A stretch of DNA of 37,071 nt, taken from the NCBI GenBank assembly GCA_024697985.1, contig JAILRX010000210.1, forward strand, positions 1 through 37,071. The letters are read 5' to 3'. A program made the translations under genes and the position numbers. Under the pieces are notes generated by a model, which was not told the DNA's origin, did no database searches, and saw only the letters and a list, made by a program, of their open reading frames with translations. The number at the start of each line of letters is the position of its first letter. The first letter of the stretch is position 1. Origin of the DNA: Treponemataceae bacterium. Lineage in GTDB: Bacteria; Spirochaetota; Spirochaetia; Treponematales; Treponemataceae. This document shows, in pieces, positions 14,742-23,730 of the stretch.

Positions 14742-16259
14742 ATGGCATCTGAAATGGCAGAAGCAATTCAACAGCTTATTAACGAACAAGGATATACAAA
14801 AGAACAGGTTTTGCAGATTATCGAAAACATGTTGAAAGCTGCATATAAAAGGACTTTTGGAACAAATCAGAATTGTATCGTACAGTTCAACGAGGATGAA
14901 ACCGACGTATGTGTTTATTCTAGAAAGGTCGTTGTTGACGGTGTTTATGATCCTGTAATTGAAATCGAATTGGATGAAGCAAAAGAACTTGCTGGAGATG
15001 AAATCGAAGAAGGTGATGAACTTGACATCCCGATTGATCCAAAAAGTTTTGAGCGATCTGCTGTTCAGACCGGAAAACAGACAGCACATCAGTCTTTGTC
15101 TGAAATCCAGAAAGACAGTATTTATTCAGAATATAAAGATAAGGTTGGTGAAATCATCATCGGTTATTACCAGCGTGAAAAGAACGGAAATATTTTTGTA
15201 GACTTGGGAAAAACAGAAGGTATCCTTCCTGCTAAAAACCAGTCGCCAAGAGAAAGTTTCGTAAAGAACGACAGAATCAAGGCTATGATTACAGAAATCC
15301 GAAATTCAAGAAACGGACTTCAGATCGTTCTTTCTCGAACATCTCCTGACTTTGTACGTGCAATCGTTGAACTCGAAGTTCCGGAAATCGAAGAAAAGAC
15401 AGTTGAAATCAACAAGATCGTTCGAGAAGCCGGATACAGAACAAAGATTGCTGTTTCTACTTCTAAGCCAGGTCTTGACCCGGTTGGTTCTTGTGTTGGA
15501 CAGAAGGGTGTACGAATTCAGTCTGTTATCAAGGAAATCGAAGGTGAAAAAATTGATGTCCTGAGATATGATCCGGATCCAAAAGTTTTCATTAAAAACG
15601 CTCTTCTTCCTGCAAAGGTTACTGCAGTTGTCATCACAGATGAAGAAAAGAAGATGGCTTTCGCAGTTGTTCCAGATGATCAGCTTTCATTGGCTATCGG
15701 AAAACAGGGCTTGAACGTAAGACTTGCAAACAAACTTACAGACTGGATTATTGATGTTAAGACAGAAGATCAGTGTGAAGACCTGAATTCAATTCTCGCT
15801 GAAAGCAGAAAGGCAGCTCAGGACCTGTTCAGTAACGAAGAATACTATGAGAGCGTTAAACTTTCTGAAATCGAAGGTATCGACAAGAGCATTCTTGACG
15901 TACTCATGCAGAATGAAATCGTTACAGTTGAAGATTTTGACAATGCTGATGCAGACGGTCAGTTGATCAATATTGAAGGCCTTAGCGCAGAAGATATTGA
16001 ATCAGTAGCTGTAGCACTTGATGCTTGGGAAGCAAGCGCAAATTCTGAAGATGAAAACAACGAAGTTGAAGAAGCTCCAGTTGAAGAAGCAGCAGCAGAA
16101 TCTGAACCAAAAGCAGAAAATGATTCTGAAGAAGCTGAAGATGAAGAATACGAAGAAGAGTACGAGTGTCCTGAATGTGGCGCTAAGATTACAATTGACA
16201 TGAAAGTATGTCCTAACTGCGGTGTAGGATTGAGTTTTAAATTTGAGGATGAAGAATAG
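14742..16259 (+). CDS. nusA: Transcription termination/antitermination factor NusA, with an acidic tail and a C-terminal zinc ribbon
   Basis: It has an N-terminal domain, an S1 domain (GEIIIGYYQREKNGNIFVDLGKTEGILP), KH1 (GSCVGQKGVRIQSVIKEIEGEKIDV) and KH2 (LSLAIGKQGLNVRLANKLTDWIIDV). The C-terminus contains CPECGAKITIDMKVCPNCG. Confidence 0.97.
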   Translation: MASEMAEAIQQLINEQGYTKEQVLQIIENMLKAAYKRTFGTNQNCIVQFNEDETDVCVYSRKVVVDGVYDPVIEIELDEAKELAGDEIEEGDELDIPIDPKSFERSAVQTGKQTAHQSLSEIQKDSIYSEYKDKVGEIIIGYYQREKNGNIFVDLGKTEGILPAKNQSPRESFVKNDRIKAMITEIRNSRNGLQIVLSRTSPDFVRAIVELEVPEIEEKTVEINKIVREAGYRTKIAVSTSKPGLDPVGSCVGQKGVRIQSVIKEIEGEKIDVLRYDPDPKVFIKNALLPAKVTAVVITDEEKKMAFAVVPDDQLSLAIGKQGLNVRLANKLTDWIIDVKTEDQCEDLNSILAESRKAAQDLFSNEEYYESVKLSEIEGIDKSILDVLMQNEIVTVEDFDNADADGQLINIEGLSAEDIESVAVALDAWEASANSEDENNEVEEAPVEEAAAESEPKAENDSEEAEDEEYEEEYECPECGAKITIDMKVCPNCGVGLSFKFEDEE

Positions 16260-16267
16260 GGTAGAAA

Positions 16268-18919
16268 ATGGCTGAAGAACAAGAGAAAAAGGTTAGAGTA
16301 ATAAAAAAAGCAAAGAATGATAATTCTTCTGCAGACAATCGTTCTGAGAATGCATCGCCTGAAGTAAAACAGGTTGTAATTCGAAAGAAAAAGGCTGTAG
16401 TTGTATCAACGTCTCCAGAAAAGAAACCTGTTGCTTCAAGTTCAGAAAAGAAGGAAGTTTCTTCTTCTAATCCTCAGAATGATTCCGAAAAGAAGGTTGC
16501 AGTTGCTGCAGAACCTGCTGTTGAGAAAAAGGTGCCTGTTCAGAAACCTACTCAGTTTGTATTGAGTCCTGAAAGACCTAACAGCAAACAGGGAAATCTT
16601 GCTGACAGGGGACGACCTCAGCGACAGAATTCTCAGGGTCGTGGCGGATATAACCGGGATGGTGGTTATCATAACAATTATGATAACAATCGCTCTCGAA
16701 CTTCTAATTTTACTGGAGCACAGGCTCGAGAATCATTCCAAAACCGAGACAGAGGAAATAATCAGGGCGGAAACTTTGACAGAAATCGTCAGGGTGGATT
16801 TAACCGAGATGGAAATTTCAATCGCGATGGACAGAACCGAAATTATGGAAACCGAAACGGAAATTCTTCGTTCCAGGGACGACCTAGACCAGGTTTTGGT
16901 CAGGGTGCAAGACCTCAGGGCGGTGCAAAACCAGGTTTTGGTGGAAAAGGTTCAGGCGGATTTTCTTCTCCGATGCCACCTATTGATGACAGCAGAAAAG
17001 TTCCTTCAAAAAAGACTTTTGTAAAGAAAAAGACTGAATATTCAAAGAAGAACAAGGAAGAAGATTTTGATGAAAGCTACTTCCTTCAGAAAAAGAAGCA
17101 GGCTGTAAAGACAAATCCAATTCCTGAACGAATTGACATCATGGAAAGTATTTCTGTTTCAGATTTGGCTAAAAAAATGAACCTTAAGGCTTCAGACATC
17201 ATCGCCAAATTGATGAGCATGGGTATGATGGTTTCTATCACTCAGTCAATCGATGCAGATACAGCAACATTGGTAGCTTCTGAATATGGATGTGACGTTC
17301 ATATCATCAGCTTGTATGAAGAAACGGTTATCGAAAGTGAAGCAGACAATGAAGAAGACATGATGACCCGTCCACCAGTTGTTACTGTAATTGGACACGT
17401 TGACCATGGTAAGACAAAGACTTTGGATGCTATTCGAAGTGCTCACGTAGCAGAAAGTGAATTTGGTGGTATCACACAGCATATCGGTGCCTACATGGTA
17501 GACACACCTAAGGGAAAAATCACCTTCCTTGATACTCCGGGTCACGAAGCCTTCACTATGATGCGTGCTCGTGGTGCTGCAATTACCGATATCGTTGTAC
17601 TTGTAGTTGCTGCTGATGATGGCGTTATGCCTCAGACAATCGAAGCTATCAATCATGCAAAAGATGCTAAGGTTCCGATTGTAGTTGCAGTAAACAAGAT
17701 TGATAAACCGGAAGCAAATCCGGATAAAGTAATGACTCAGCTTTCAGAACTCGGCCTTATGCCGGAAGAATGGGGCGGAGATACACAGTACGTTAAAATC
17801 AGTGCAAAACAGAAAATCGGTATTGAAGATTTGCTTGATGCAATCCTTCTTCAGGCCGAAATTCTTGAACTCAAGGCAAACTGGAATGTACGTGCAGAAG
17901 GAAAGGTTATCGAATCTCGAACTGATCACGGTCGAGGTGTAGTATCAACAATCATCGTTGAACGTGGTACCTTGAAAATCGGTGATCCTTATGTTGCAGG
18001 TATTTATTCTGGTCGTGTTCGCGCTATCTTTAATGACCGTGGACAGAAAATCAAGGAAGCAACACCAAGTATGCCTGTTGAAATCCTTGGTCTTGAAGCA
18101 ATGCCAATGGCTGGTGATCCTTTCCAGGTAACCGACAGCGAAAAGACAGCCCGAGATATTTCTACAAAACGTCAGGAACTCAAACGATTCGAAGCTGCAA
18201 AAGCAGTTAAGAAGGTTTCTCTTGATAACTTGTATGAAACAATTGATGCCGGTGAAGTTACAGAACTTAAGGTTGTAATCAAGGCAGATGTTCAGGGTTC
18301 TGCAGAAGCTTTGAAGACTTCTTTGGAAAAACTTTCTACAAAAGAAATCAGGCTTGTTGTCATTCACTCATCAGCTGGTGCTATCAACGAAAGCGATGTA
18401 TTGCTTGCTGCTGCTGACTCGAATGCAATCATCATCGGATTTAACGTTCGACCAACTCCTAGGGCAAAACTTCTTGCCGATCAGGAAAAGGTTGATATCA
18501 GAAAATACAACGTAATCTACAAGTGTGTTGAAGAAATCACACAGGCTATGGAAGGTATGCTTAAACCTGATGTTAAGGAAGAAGTTGCCGGTATGATCGA
18601 GGTTCGCGATACATTCAAGGTTCCAAAAGTTGGAACTATCGCTGGATGTTACGTAACTCAGGGTACTGTAAAACGAACTTCTACTGTCAACATTATTCGA
18701 GACGGCATCGTAATCCACTCTGGAAAGATTTCATCACTCAAGCGCTTTAAGGATGATGCAAAAGAAGTTGCAACAGGTTTCGAGTGCGGTATCGGAATTG
18801 AAAACTGGCAGGATATCCAGATCGGAGACCAGTTCGAAGTTATCGAATACATAGAAGTTGCCCGAAAACTTGGCGATACAATTGCTGAATCTAAAGCAGA
18901 AGATAAGGCTTCGGAGTAA
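16268..18919 (+). CDS. infB: Translation initiation factor IF-2
   Basis: GTPase motifs are present: GHVDHGKT (G1), DTPGH (G3) and NKID (G4). The conserved C-terminal domains are also present. The gene follows nusA by 8 nt. Confidence 0.97.
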   Translation: MAEEQEKKVRVIKKAKNDNSSADNRSENASPEVKQVVIRKKKAVVVSTSPEKKPVASSSEKKEVSSSNPQNDSEKKVAVAAEPAVEKKVPVQKPTQFVLSPERPNSKQGNLADRGRPQRQNSQGRGGYNRDGGYHNNYDNNRSRTSNFTGAQARESFQNRDRGNNQGGNFDRNRQGGFNRDGNFNRDGQNRNYGNRNGNSSFQGRPRPGFGQGARPQGGAKPGFGGKGSGGFSSPMPPIDDSRKVPSKKTFVKKKTEYSKKNKEEDFDESYFLQKKKQAVKTNPIPERIDIMESISVSDLAKKMNLKASDIIAKLMSMGMMVSITQSIDADTATLVASEYGCDVHIISLYEETVIESEADNEEDMMTRPPVVTVIGHVDHGKTKTLDAIRSAHVAESEFGGITQHIGAYMVDTPKGKITFLDTPGHEAFTMMRARGAAITDIVVLVVAADDGVMPQTIEAINHAKDAKVPIVVAVNKIDKPEANPDKVMTQLSELGLMPEEWGGDTQYVKISAKQKIGIEDLLDAILLQAEILELKANWNVRAEGKVIESRTDHGRGVVSTIIVERGTLKIGDPYVAGIYSGRVRAIFNDRGQKIKEATPSMPVEILGLEAMPMAGDPFQVTDSEKTARDISTKRQELKRFEAAKAVKKVSLDNLYETIDAGEVTELKVVIKADVQGSAEALKTSLEKLSTKEIRLVVIHSSAGAINESDVLLAAADSNAIIIGFNVRPTPRAKLLADQEKVDIRKYNVIYKCVEEITQAMEGMLKPDVKEEVAGMIEVRDTFKVPKVGTIAGCYVTQGTVKRTSTVNIIRDGIVIHSGKISSLKRFKDDAKEVATGFECGIGIENWQDIQIGDQFEVIEYIEVARKLGDTIAESKAEDKASE

Positions 18920-18925
18920 TTTGTA

Positions 18926-19336
18926 ATGTCAGAATATAGATTGCAAAGACTGGGGGAGCAGATCAGGGAAGAAATTTCCAAGATGCTCCTTTCAGGACAG
19001 ATAAAAGATCCTCGTGTTTCCTCATTCCTGTGCATCAACAGGGTTGAGGTAACCGCTGATTTGGGATATGCCAAGGTTTATGTTTCAAGTTTCATGCAGG
19101 ATAAATCCGTTGAAAAGGGTGTAAAAGGTTTGCAGAGTGCAGCCGGTTTCATCCAGTCTACTATTGGCAAGAAACTTACAATCAGACAGTTTCCTAAACT
19201 TACTTTTGTTGTCGATACCAGTATCAAAGACGGTATTGATATGGTAAATAAGCTTAATCAGCTCGAAAAGGAAGACGCTGAAAAGGCCCGCCTTGCACAG
19301 GAATCTGGATATATTCCAAGCTCACAGGAAGAATAG
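18926..19336 (+). CDS. rbfA: Ribosome-binding factor A
   Basis: RLGEQIREEISKMLLSGQIKDPRV ... VEVTADLGYAKVYVS matches the RbfA pattern. The position after infB is conserved. Confidence 0.9.
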   Translation: MSEYRLQRLGEQIREEISKMLLSGQIKDPRVSSFLCINRVEVTADLGYAKVYVSSFMQDKSVEKGVKGLQSAAGFIQSTIGKKLTIRQFPKLTFVVDTSIKDGIDMVNKLNQLEKEDAEKARLAQESGYIPSSQEE

Positions 19337-19344
19337 CTGAACTC

Positions 19345-20340
19345 ATGGCAGATGGAATCGTTTTATTTGCCAAAAATAGCGGGCAGACCAGTTTTTCTTC
19401 TCTTTTCACAATAAAGCACGGACTGAATACCAAAAAAGTCGGTCATACCGGAACTTTAGACAGTTTCGCTGACGGACTTTTGGTAGTCTGCGTTGGAAGT
19501 GCTACTCATCTTGTAAAGTACATCACTGAATTAGACAAAGAATATGAAGCCGTTATTGAGTTCGGCTCGGAAACAGATACTCTGGAATTGACCGGGAATG
19601 TCGTAAAGACAGCGGAACTTCCAAAATATGGCGATTTTATAAAGGCTGTTGATAAATGGACTGGAGAAAATGATCAGATACCGCCAAGCTTTTCAGCAAT
19701 CCATGTTGACGGAAAACGTCTCAGCGACCTTGCACGAAACGGAAAATCCGTAGAAATCCCATCAAGAAAAATAAATGTGTACAAGTCTGAAATTTTGGAT
19801 TGCAGAAACGACAGAAATGAAAAATGCACAGGCGATTCTGATGTCGTAAAATATGCCCACGTTGCGTTCACCGTTTCAAAAGGAACTTATATCAGAAGTC
19901 TTGCGCGCGATATTGCAAACGACTGCACTTCCTGTGCTCATTTGGCAGCCCTCAGACGAAACAGAGTAGGAAATTTCGAATTGAAAAATGCCCTTGGATA
20001 TGAAACCTTGCCAAAATTTTGTATTGACGGTTTTTTGAATCAAAAACTTTTATCCCCTGAAGAATTGAAAAGTCGTGAACGGGGATTGGAAGAGGACGTT
20101 AAAAATTACGTTTTTGAGCTTGATGAAAAAACTGCTGTTTTATGCGGCTTTAATATTTTGTTTCTTAAGCCGGACTTTATTTCAGATTTTCAAAACGGCA
20201 AAAAATTAAACAAATCGATGTTCGAAAATCAGATTTCAGAAAAATCGTTCAATGCTGTTTTTTGCCAGGATAAATTTCGCGGACTGATTTCTCTGGAAAA
20301 TGGAAATCTATCCTATTGTTTTGTCAGGAGCGGAATATGA
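19345..20340 (+). CDS. truB: tRNA pseudouridine-55 synthase TruB
   Basis: The catalytic motif VGHTGTLDSFADGLLVVCVG is present, together with PPSFSAIHVDGKRLSDLARNG. The position after rbfA is conserved. Confidence 0.92.
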   Translation: MADGIVLFAKNSGQTSFSSLFTIKHGLNTKKVGHTGTLDSFADGLLVVCVGSATHLVKYITELDKEYEAVIEFGSETDTLELTGNVVKTAELPKYGDFIKAVDKWTGENDQIPPSFSAIHVDGKRLSDLARNGKSVEIPSRKINVYKSEILDCRNDRNEKCTGDSDVVKYAHVAFTVSKGTYIRSLARDIANDCTSCAHLAALRRNRVGNFELKNALGYETLPKFCIDGFLNQKLLSPEELKSRERGLEEDVKNYVFELDEKTAVLCGFNILFLKPDFISDFQNGKKLNKSMFENQISEKSFNAVFCQDKFRGLISLENGNLSYCFVRSGI

Positions 20341-21146
20341 GAGTTTTTTCATGGAGCGAGCTTGATGATCTTGCAAAATTCTGCTTTTCTCAAAATAAAA
20401 ATAGCGCGCTGACTGTCGGAGGTTTTGACGGCCCGCACCTTGGACACAAAAGTCTGTTCGATTCTGTTCTTCAAAAAGAAGACTTTTTGCATGGTGTCGT
20501 TACGTTTGATTTTACCGATGAATATATAAAACATAAAAGGGAATTTTTAGGAGAGCTTTCAACAGTAAAGCAGAAACTTGAGGTTTTTGAGAATTTGGGC
20601 TTCGATTTTTGTCTGATGATTGACTTTTCTTCTAATTTCAGTAAAATTAAAGGGATTGATTTTCTTAAAATGTTGGGAAAATCTTGTTCTATGCAATTTT
20701 TAGCTATTGGTACCGATTTCCGCTGTGGATATAAGTTAGATACCGGCGTTGCCGAAATATCAGCTTATTCGAAGCAGGTTGGTTTAGAATTAGCAGTTTG
20801 CGATTCTGTTCTGTTCGATGGAAAACGCATAAGTTCATCTGATATTCGTCAGTGCATCAAAAACGCTGACTTTTCAACGGTTGATAAACTTCTTGTTTTC
20901 CCTTTTTATCTGGATGTTTCAGAAATACGCTGGCTCGATTCGTCGTTTAATCAAGGTGAAAAGATTGCACACAGAAATTCCTTTCAGGTTTTGCCGAAAA
21001 ACGGCGCTTATAACGTGAAAGCAATTTGTTCTGATAAGGCACATTCTTTTAGTACGGTGCTTTATGTGGAATCCGATTTCCTTCGCCTGGAAATTCCACT
21101 TGGACAGGATTTTGAACCAATTCAGAAAATCACATTTGTTTATTAA
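20337..21146 (+). CDS. ribF: RibF-like FAD synthetase with a short, divergent C-terminal (riboflavin-kinase-position) domain
   Basis: The nucleotidyltransferase motif LTVGGFDGPHLGHKSLF is present. I prefer the ATG at 20337, which forms an ATGA overlap with the truB stop, over the ATG at 20316 in the ORF track. I could not see canonical kinase motifs in the C-terminal ~90 aa. Confidence 0.75.
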   Translation: MRVFSWSELDDLAKFCFSQNKNSALTVGGFDGPHLGHKSLFDSVLQKEDFLHGVVTFDFTDEYIKHKREFLGELSTVKQKLEVFENLGFDFCLMIDFSSNFSKIKGIDFLKMLGKSCSMQFLAIGTDFRCGYKLDTGVAEISAYSKQVGLELAVCDSVLFDGKRISSSDIRQCIKNADFSTVDKLLVFPFYLDVSEIRWLDSSFNQGEKIAHRNSFQVLPKNGAYNVKAICSDKAHSFSTVLYVESDFLRLEIPLGQDFEPIQKITFVY

Positions 21147-21161
21147 AATGGAGAAATTAAA

Positions 21162-21431
21162 ATGGCACTTTTAAAAGAACAAGTTACAGCTACCGTTTCA
21201 AAATTCGGAGCTAACGAAAAAGATACAGGAAATACAAACGTTCAGATCGCTCTTCTTACAGACAGAATCAAGCAGCTTACTGAACATTGTAAGGCATTCC
21301 CAAAAGACAAGAGCGCAGCTCGAAGCCTTCTTATTTTGGTAGGACAGAGAAGAAAGCTTTTGAGATACCTTCAGAGAACAAATCTTGAAGGCTACCGTTC
21401 TTTGATCAAAGAATTGGAATTGCGCAAATAG
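21162..21431 (+). CDS. rpsO: 30S ribosomal protein S15
   Basis: 89 aa. The sequence NTNVQIALLTDRIKQLTEHCKAFPKDKSAARSLLILVGQRRKLLRYL is typical S15. Confidence 0.97.
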   Translation: MALLKEQVTATVSKFGANEKDTGNTNVQIALLTDRIKQLTEHCKAFPKDKSAARSLLILVGQRRKLLRYLQRTNLEGYRSLIKELELRK

Positions 21432-21445
21432 TTCTAATTTGGTTG

Positions 21446-21485
21446 AGGCACTTTTGCGTTTTTGCATAAGTGCCTTATTTTTTAT
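21446..21485 (+). terminator. Intrinsic terminator after rpsO
   Basis: AGGCACTT (21446-21453) pairs with AAGTGCCT (21468-21475). The sequence TATTTTTTAT follows the stem. Confidence 0.7.
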
Positions 21486-21619
21486 AAAGCAGTTTGCTTT
21501 TAACAAAATGGTCAAAAGATCGGCATATGGATAATGAGTTTTGTAATTTCGCTTGAAATTATAGAATTCAATCTCGATATACCGATCGACCGAAAAAATA
21601 AATCTACATGAGGAAAAAT

Positions 21620-23725
21620 ATGGTAGAAAGAGTTACTTATCAGTTAGGTGATGCAGAACTTATCCTTGAAACAGGAAAAATCGGAAAACAGGCTAATGGC
21701 TGTGTTTACGCTCAGTGGGGTGGAGCAGCTGTTATCGCTACAATTTGTGCATCAAGTTCAGTTACAGAAGGACAGGATTTCGTTCCTGTTACAGTTGAGT
21801 ATAATGAAAAATTTTATGCTGCAGGAAAAATTCCTGGAGGTTTCGTAAAACGAGAAGGACGTCCAAAGGACAAGGAAATCTTGGTTAGCCGACTTATTGA
21901 CCGACCAATGCGACCTCTTTTTGAACCTTCATTTGGTCATGAACTTCAGATCGTTCCAACCTGCGTTTCAGCAGATGGCGTTCATACACAGGATATTCTT
22001 GCTGTATTGGCTGCAAGTGCTGCAACTTGTATTTCAGACATTCCTTTCCACGGACCAATCGCAGCTTGTCGTGTTGGTTACCTCGATGGAAAATACATCA
22101 TCAACCCTACATTCAAGCAGATTGAAGAAGGCGACATGGAAATCGTTGTAGCCGGAACAAAAGACGGATTTACAATGGTTGAAGGTGGAGCAAACGAAGT
22201 AAGCGAAGAAGTAATGCTCGGAGCTCTTGCTGAAGCTGAAAAATTCATCAAGGAAATGTGTATTCTTCAGGAAGAACTCGTTAAGAAAGCTGGAAAAGAA
22301 AAGCTTCCTCTTAACCCGCTCGACATCACACTCGAAAATGCAGAAGAACTTGAAAAAGAAGCAACTCCACTCTTGAAAACAGCTTGTTTCCAGGATGGAA
22401 AAATGAACCGAGGTGTTGCAATTGCTAAGGTTATTGCAGAACTCAAAGAAAAACATGCTGAACAGCTTGCAGATCCTGTACAGGCTAAACTTTTCGCTAC
22501 TTTGATGGATGACATCCAGTACAAACTTTTGCGAAAATCAATTCTTGATGAAGGCGTTCGAATTGACGGACGAAAAACTGATGAAATCAGACCTATCACC
22601 TGTGAAATCAATGTTTTGCCTTCACCACACGGATCAGCACTTTTCACACGTGGTGAAACACAGTCTTTGGCTGTATGTACTTTGGGTACAGCAATGGACG
22701 AACAGTCTTATGACGACATCGACGGAGACAGAAGCGAACACTTCATCCTTCACTATAACTTCCCACCATACTCAGTTGGTGAAACAGGAAAACTTACAAC
22801 AGGTAGACGAGAAATCGGACACGGAAACCTTGCACGCCGTTCTTTGGCTCCAATGGTACCAAGCCGAGAAGAATTCCCTTACACTGTTCGTGTTGTTTCT
22901 GAAATTATGGAATCAAATGGTTCTTCATCACAGGCTTCTACTTGTGGCGGTACATTGTGTATGCTCGCTGCTGGTGTTCCAATGAAGAAGATGGTTGCCG
23001 GAATTGCAATGGGACTTATCACTGAACCAGAAGGTGACAATCCATACGGAAAATATAAGATTCTTTCAGATATCCTTGGTGAAGAAGATCACCTCGGAGA
23101 CATGGACTTCAAAGTTGCCGGAACACGAGATGGTATCACTGGTTTCCAGATGGATATCAAGATTGCCGGTGTAACAACTGAAATCATGAAAAATGCACTT
23201 GAACAGGCTCGAAAAGGCCGAATGCACATCCTTGGAATCATGGAACAGTGCATCAATAAGCCTGCTGCATTGAGCCCACGAGCTCCACAGATCCTTACAA
23301 TGAAGATTCCTGTAGACAAAATCGGAGCTTTGATTGGACCTGGCGGAAAGAACGTTAAGGCTTTGTGTGCTCAGTACGATGTTACAATCAACACTGATGA
23401 TGACGGAACAGTTACAATCTATGCTAAAAACGGTATTTGCGCTGAAAATGCAAAGAAAGCCGTTAAAGGTATTACAGAAGATCCAGAAGTTGGAACAATC
23501 TATCAGGGAACTGTTAAACGAATCATGGATTTTGGTGCATTCGTTGAAATTCTTCCAGGAAAAGAAGGTTTGTGCCATATTTCTAAACTTTCTAGACAGA
23601 GAGTTGAAAAAGTATCTGATGTTATCAGCGAAGGTCAGCAGATTCCTGTTAAATTGCTCGAAATTGACAAGATGGGCCGCTTGAACCTTTCTTACATTGA
23701 CGCTTTGGAAGCTCAGAATAAATAA
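21620..23725 (+). CDS. pnp: Polynucleotide phosphorylase
   Basis: It has two RNase PH domains, a KH domain (IGALIGPGGKNVKAL) and an S1 domain (GTVKRIMDFGAFVEILPGKEGLCHISKL). I prefer the ATG at 21620, which is 5 nt after a GAGGA SD, over the ATG at 21608. Confidence 0.96.
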   Translation: MVERVTYQLGDAELILETGKIGKQANGCVYAQWGGAAVIATICASSSVTEGQDFVPVTVEYNEKFYAAGKIPGGFVKREGRPKDKEILVSRLIDRPMRPLFEPSFGHELQIVPTCVSADGVHTQDILAVLAASAATCISDIPFHGPIAACRVGYLDGKYIINPTFKQIEEGDMEIVVAGTKDGFTMVEGGANEVSEEVMLGALAEAEKFIKEMCILQEELVKKAGKEKLPLNPLDITLENAEELEKEATPLLKTACFQDGKMNRGVAIAKVIAELKEKHAEQLADPVQAKLFATLMDDIQYKLLRKSILDEGVRIDGRKTDEIRPITCEINVLPSPHGSALFTRGETQSLAVCTLGTAMDEQSYDDIDGDRSEHFILHYNFPPYSVGETGKLTTGRREIGHGNLARRSLAPMVPSREEFPYTVRVVSEIMESNGSSSQASTCGGTLCMLAAGVPMKKMVAGIAMGLITEPEGDNPYGKYKILSDILGEEDHLGDMDFKVAGTRDGITGFQMDIKIAGVTTEIMKNALEQARKGRMHILGIMEQCINKPAALSPRAPQILTMKIPVDKIGALIGPGGKNVKALCAQYDVTINTDDDGTVTIYAKNGICAENAKKAVKGITEDPEVGTIYQGTVKRIMDFGAFVEILPGKEGLCHISKLSRQRVEKVSDVISEGQQIPVKLLEIDKMGRLNLSYIDALEAQNK

Positions 23726-23730
23726 TTACA

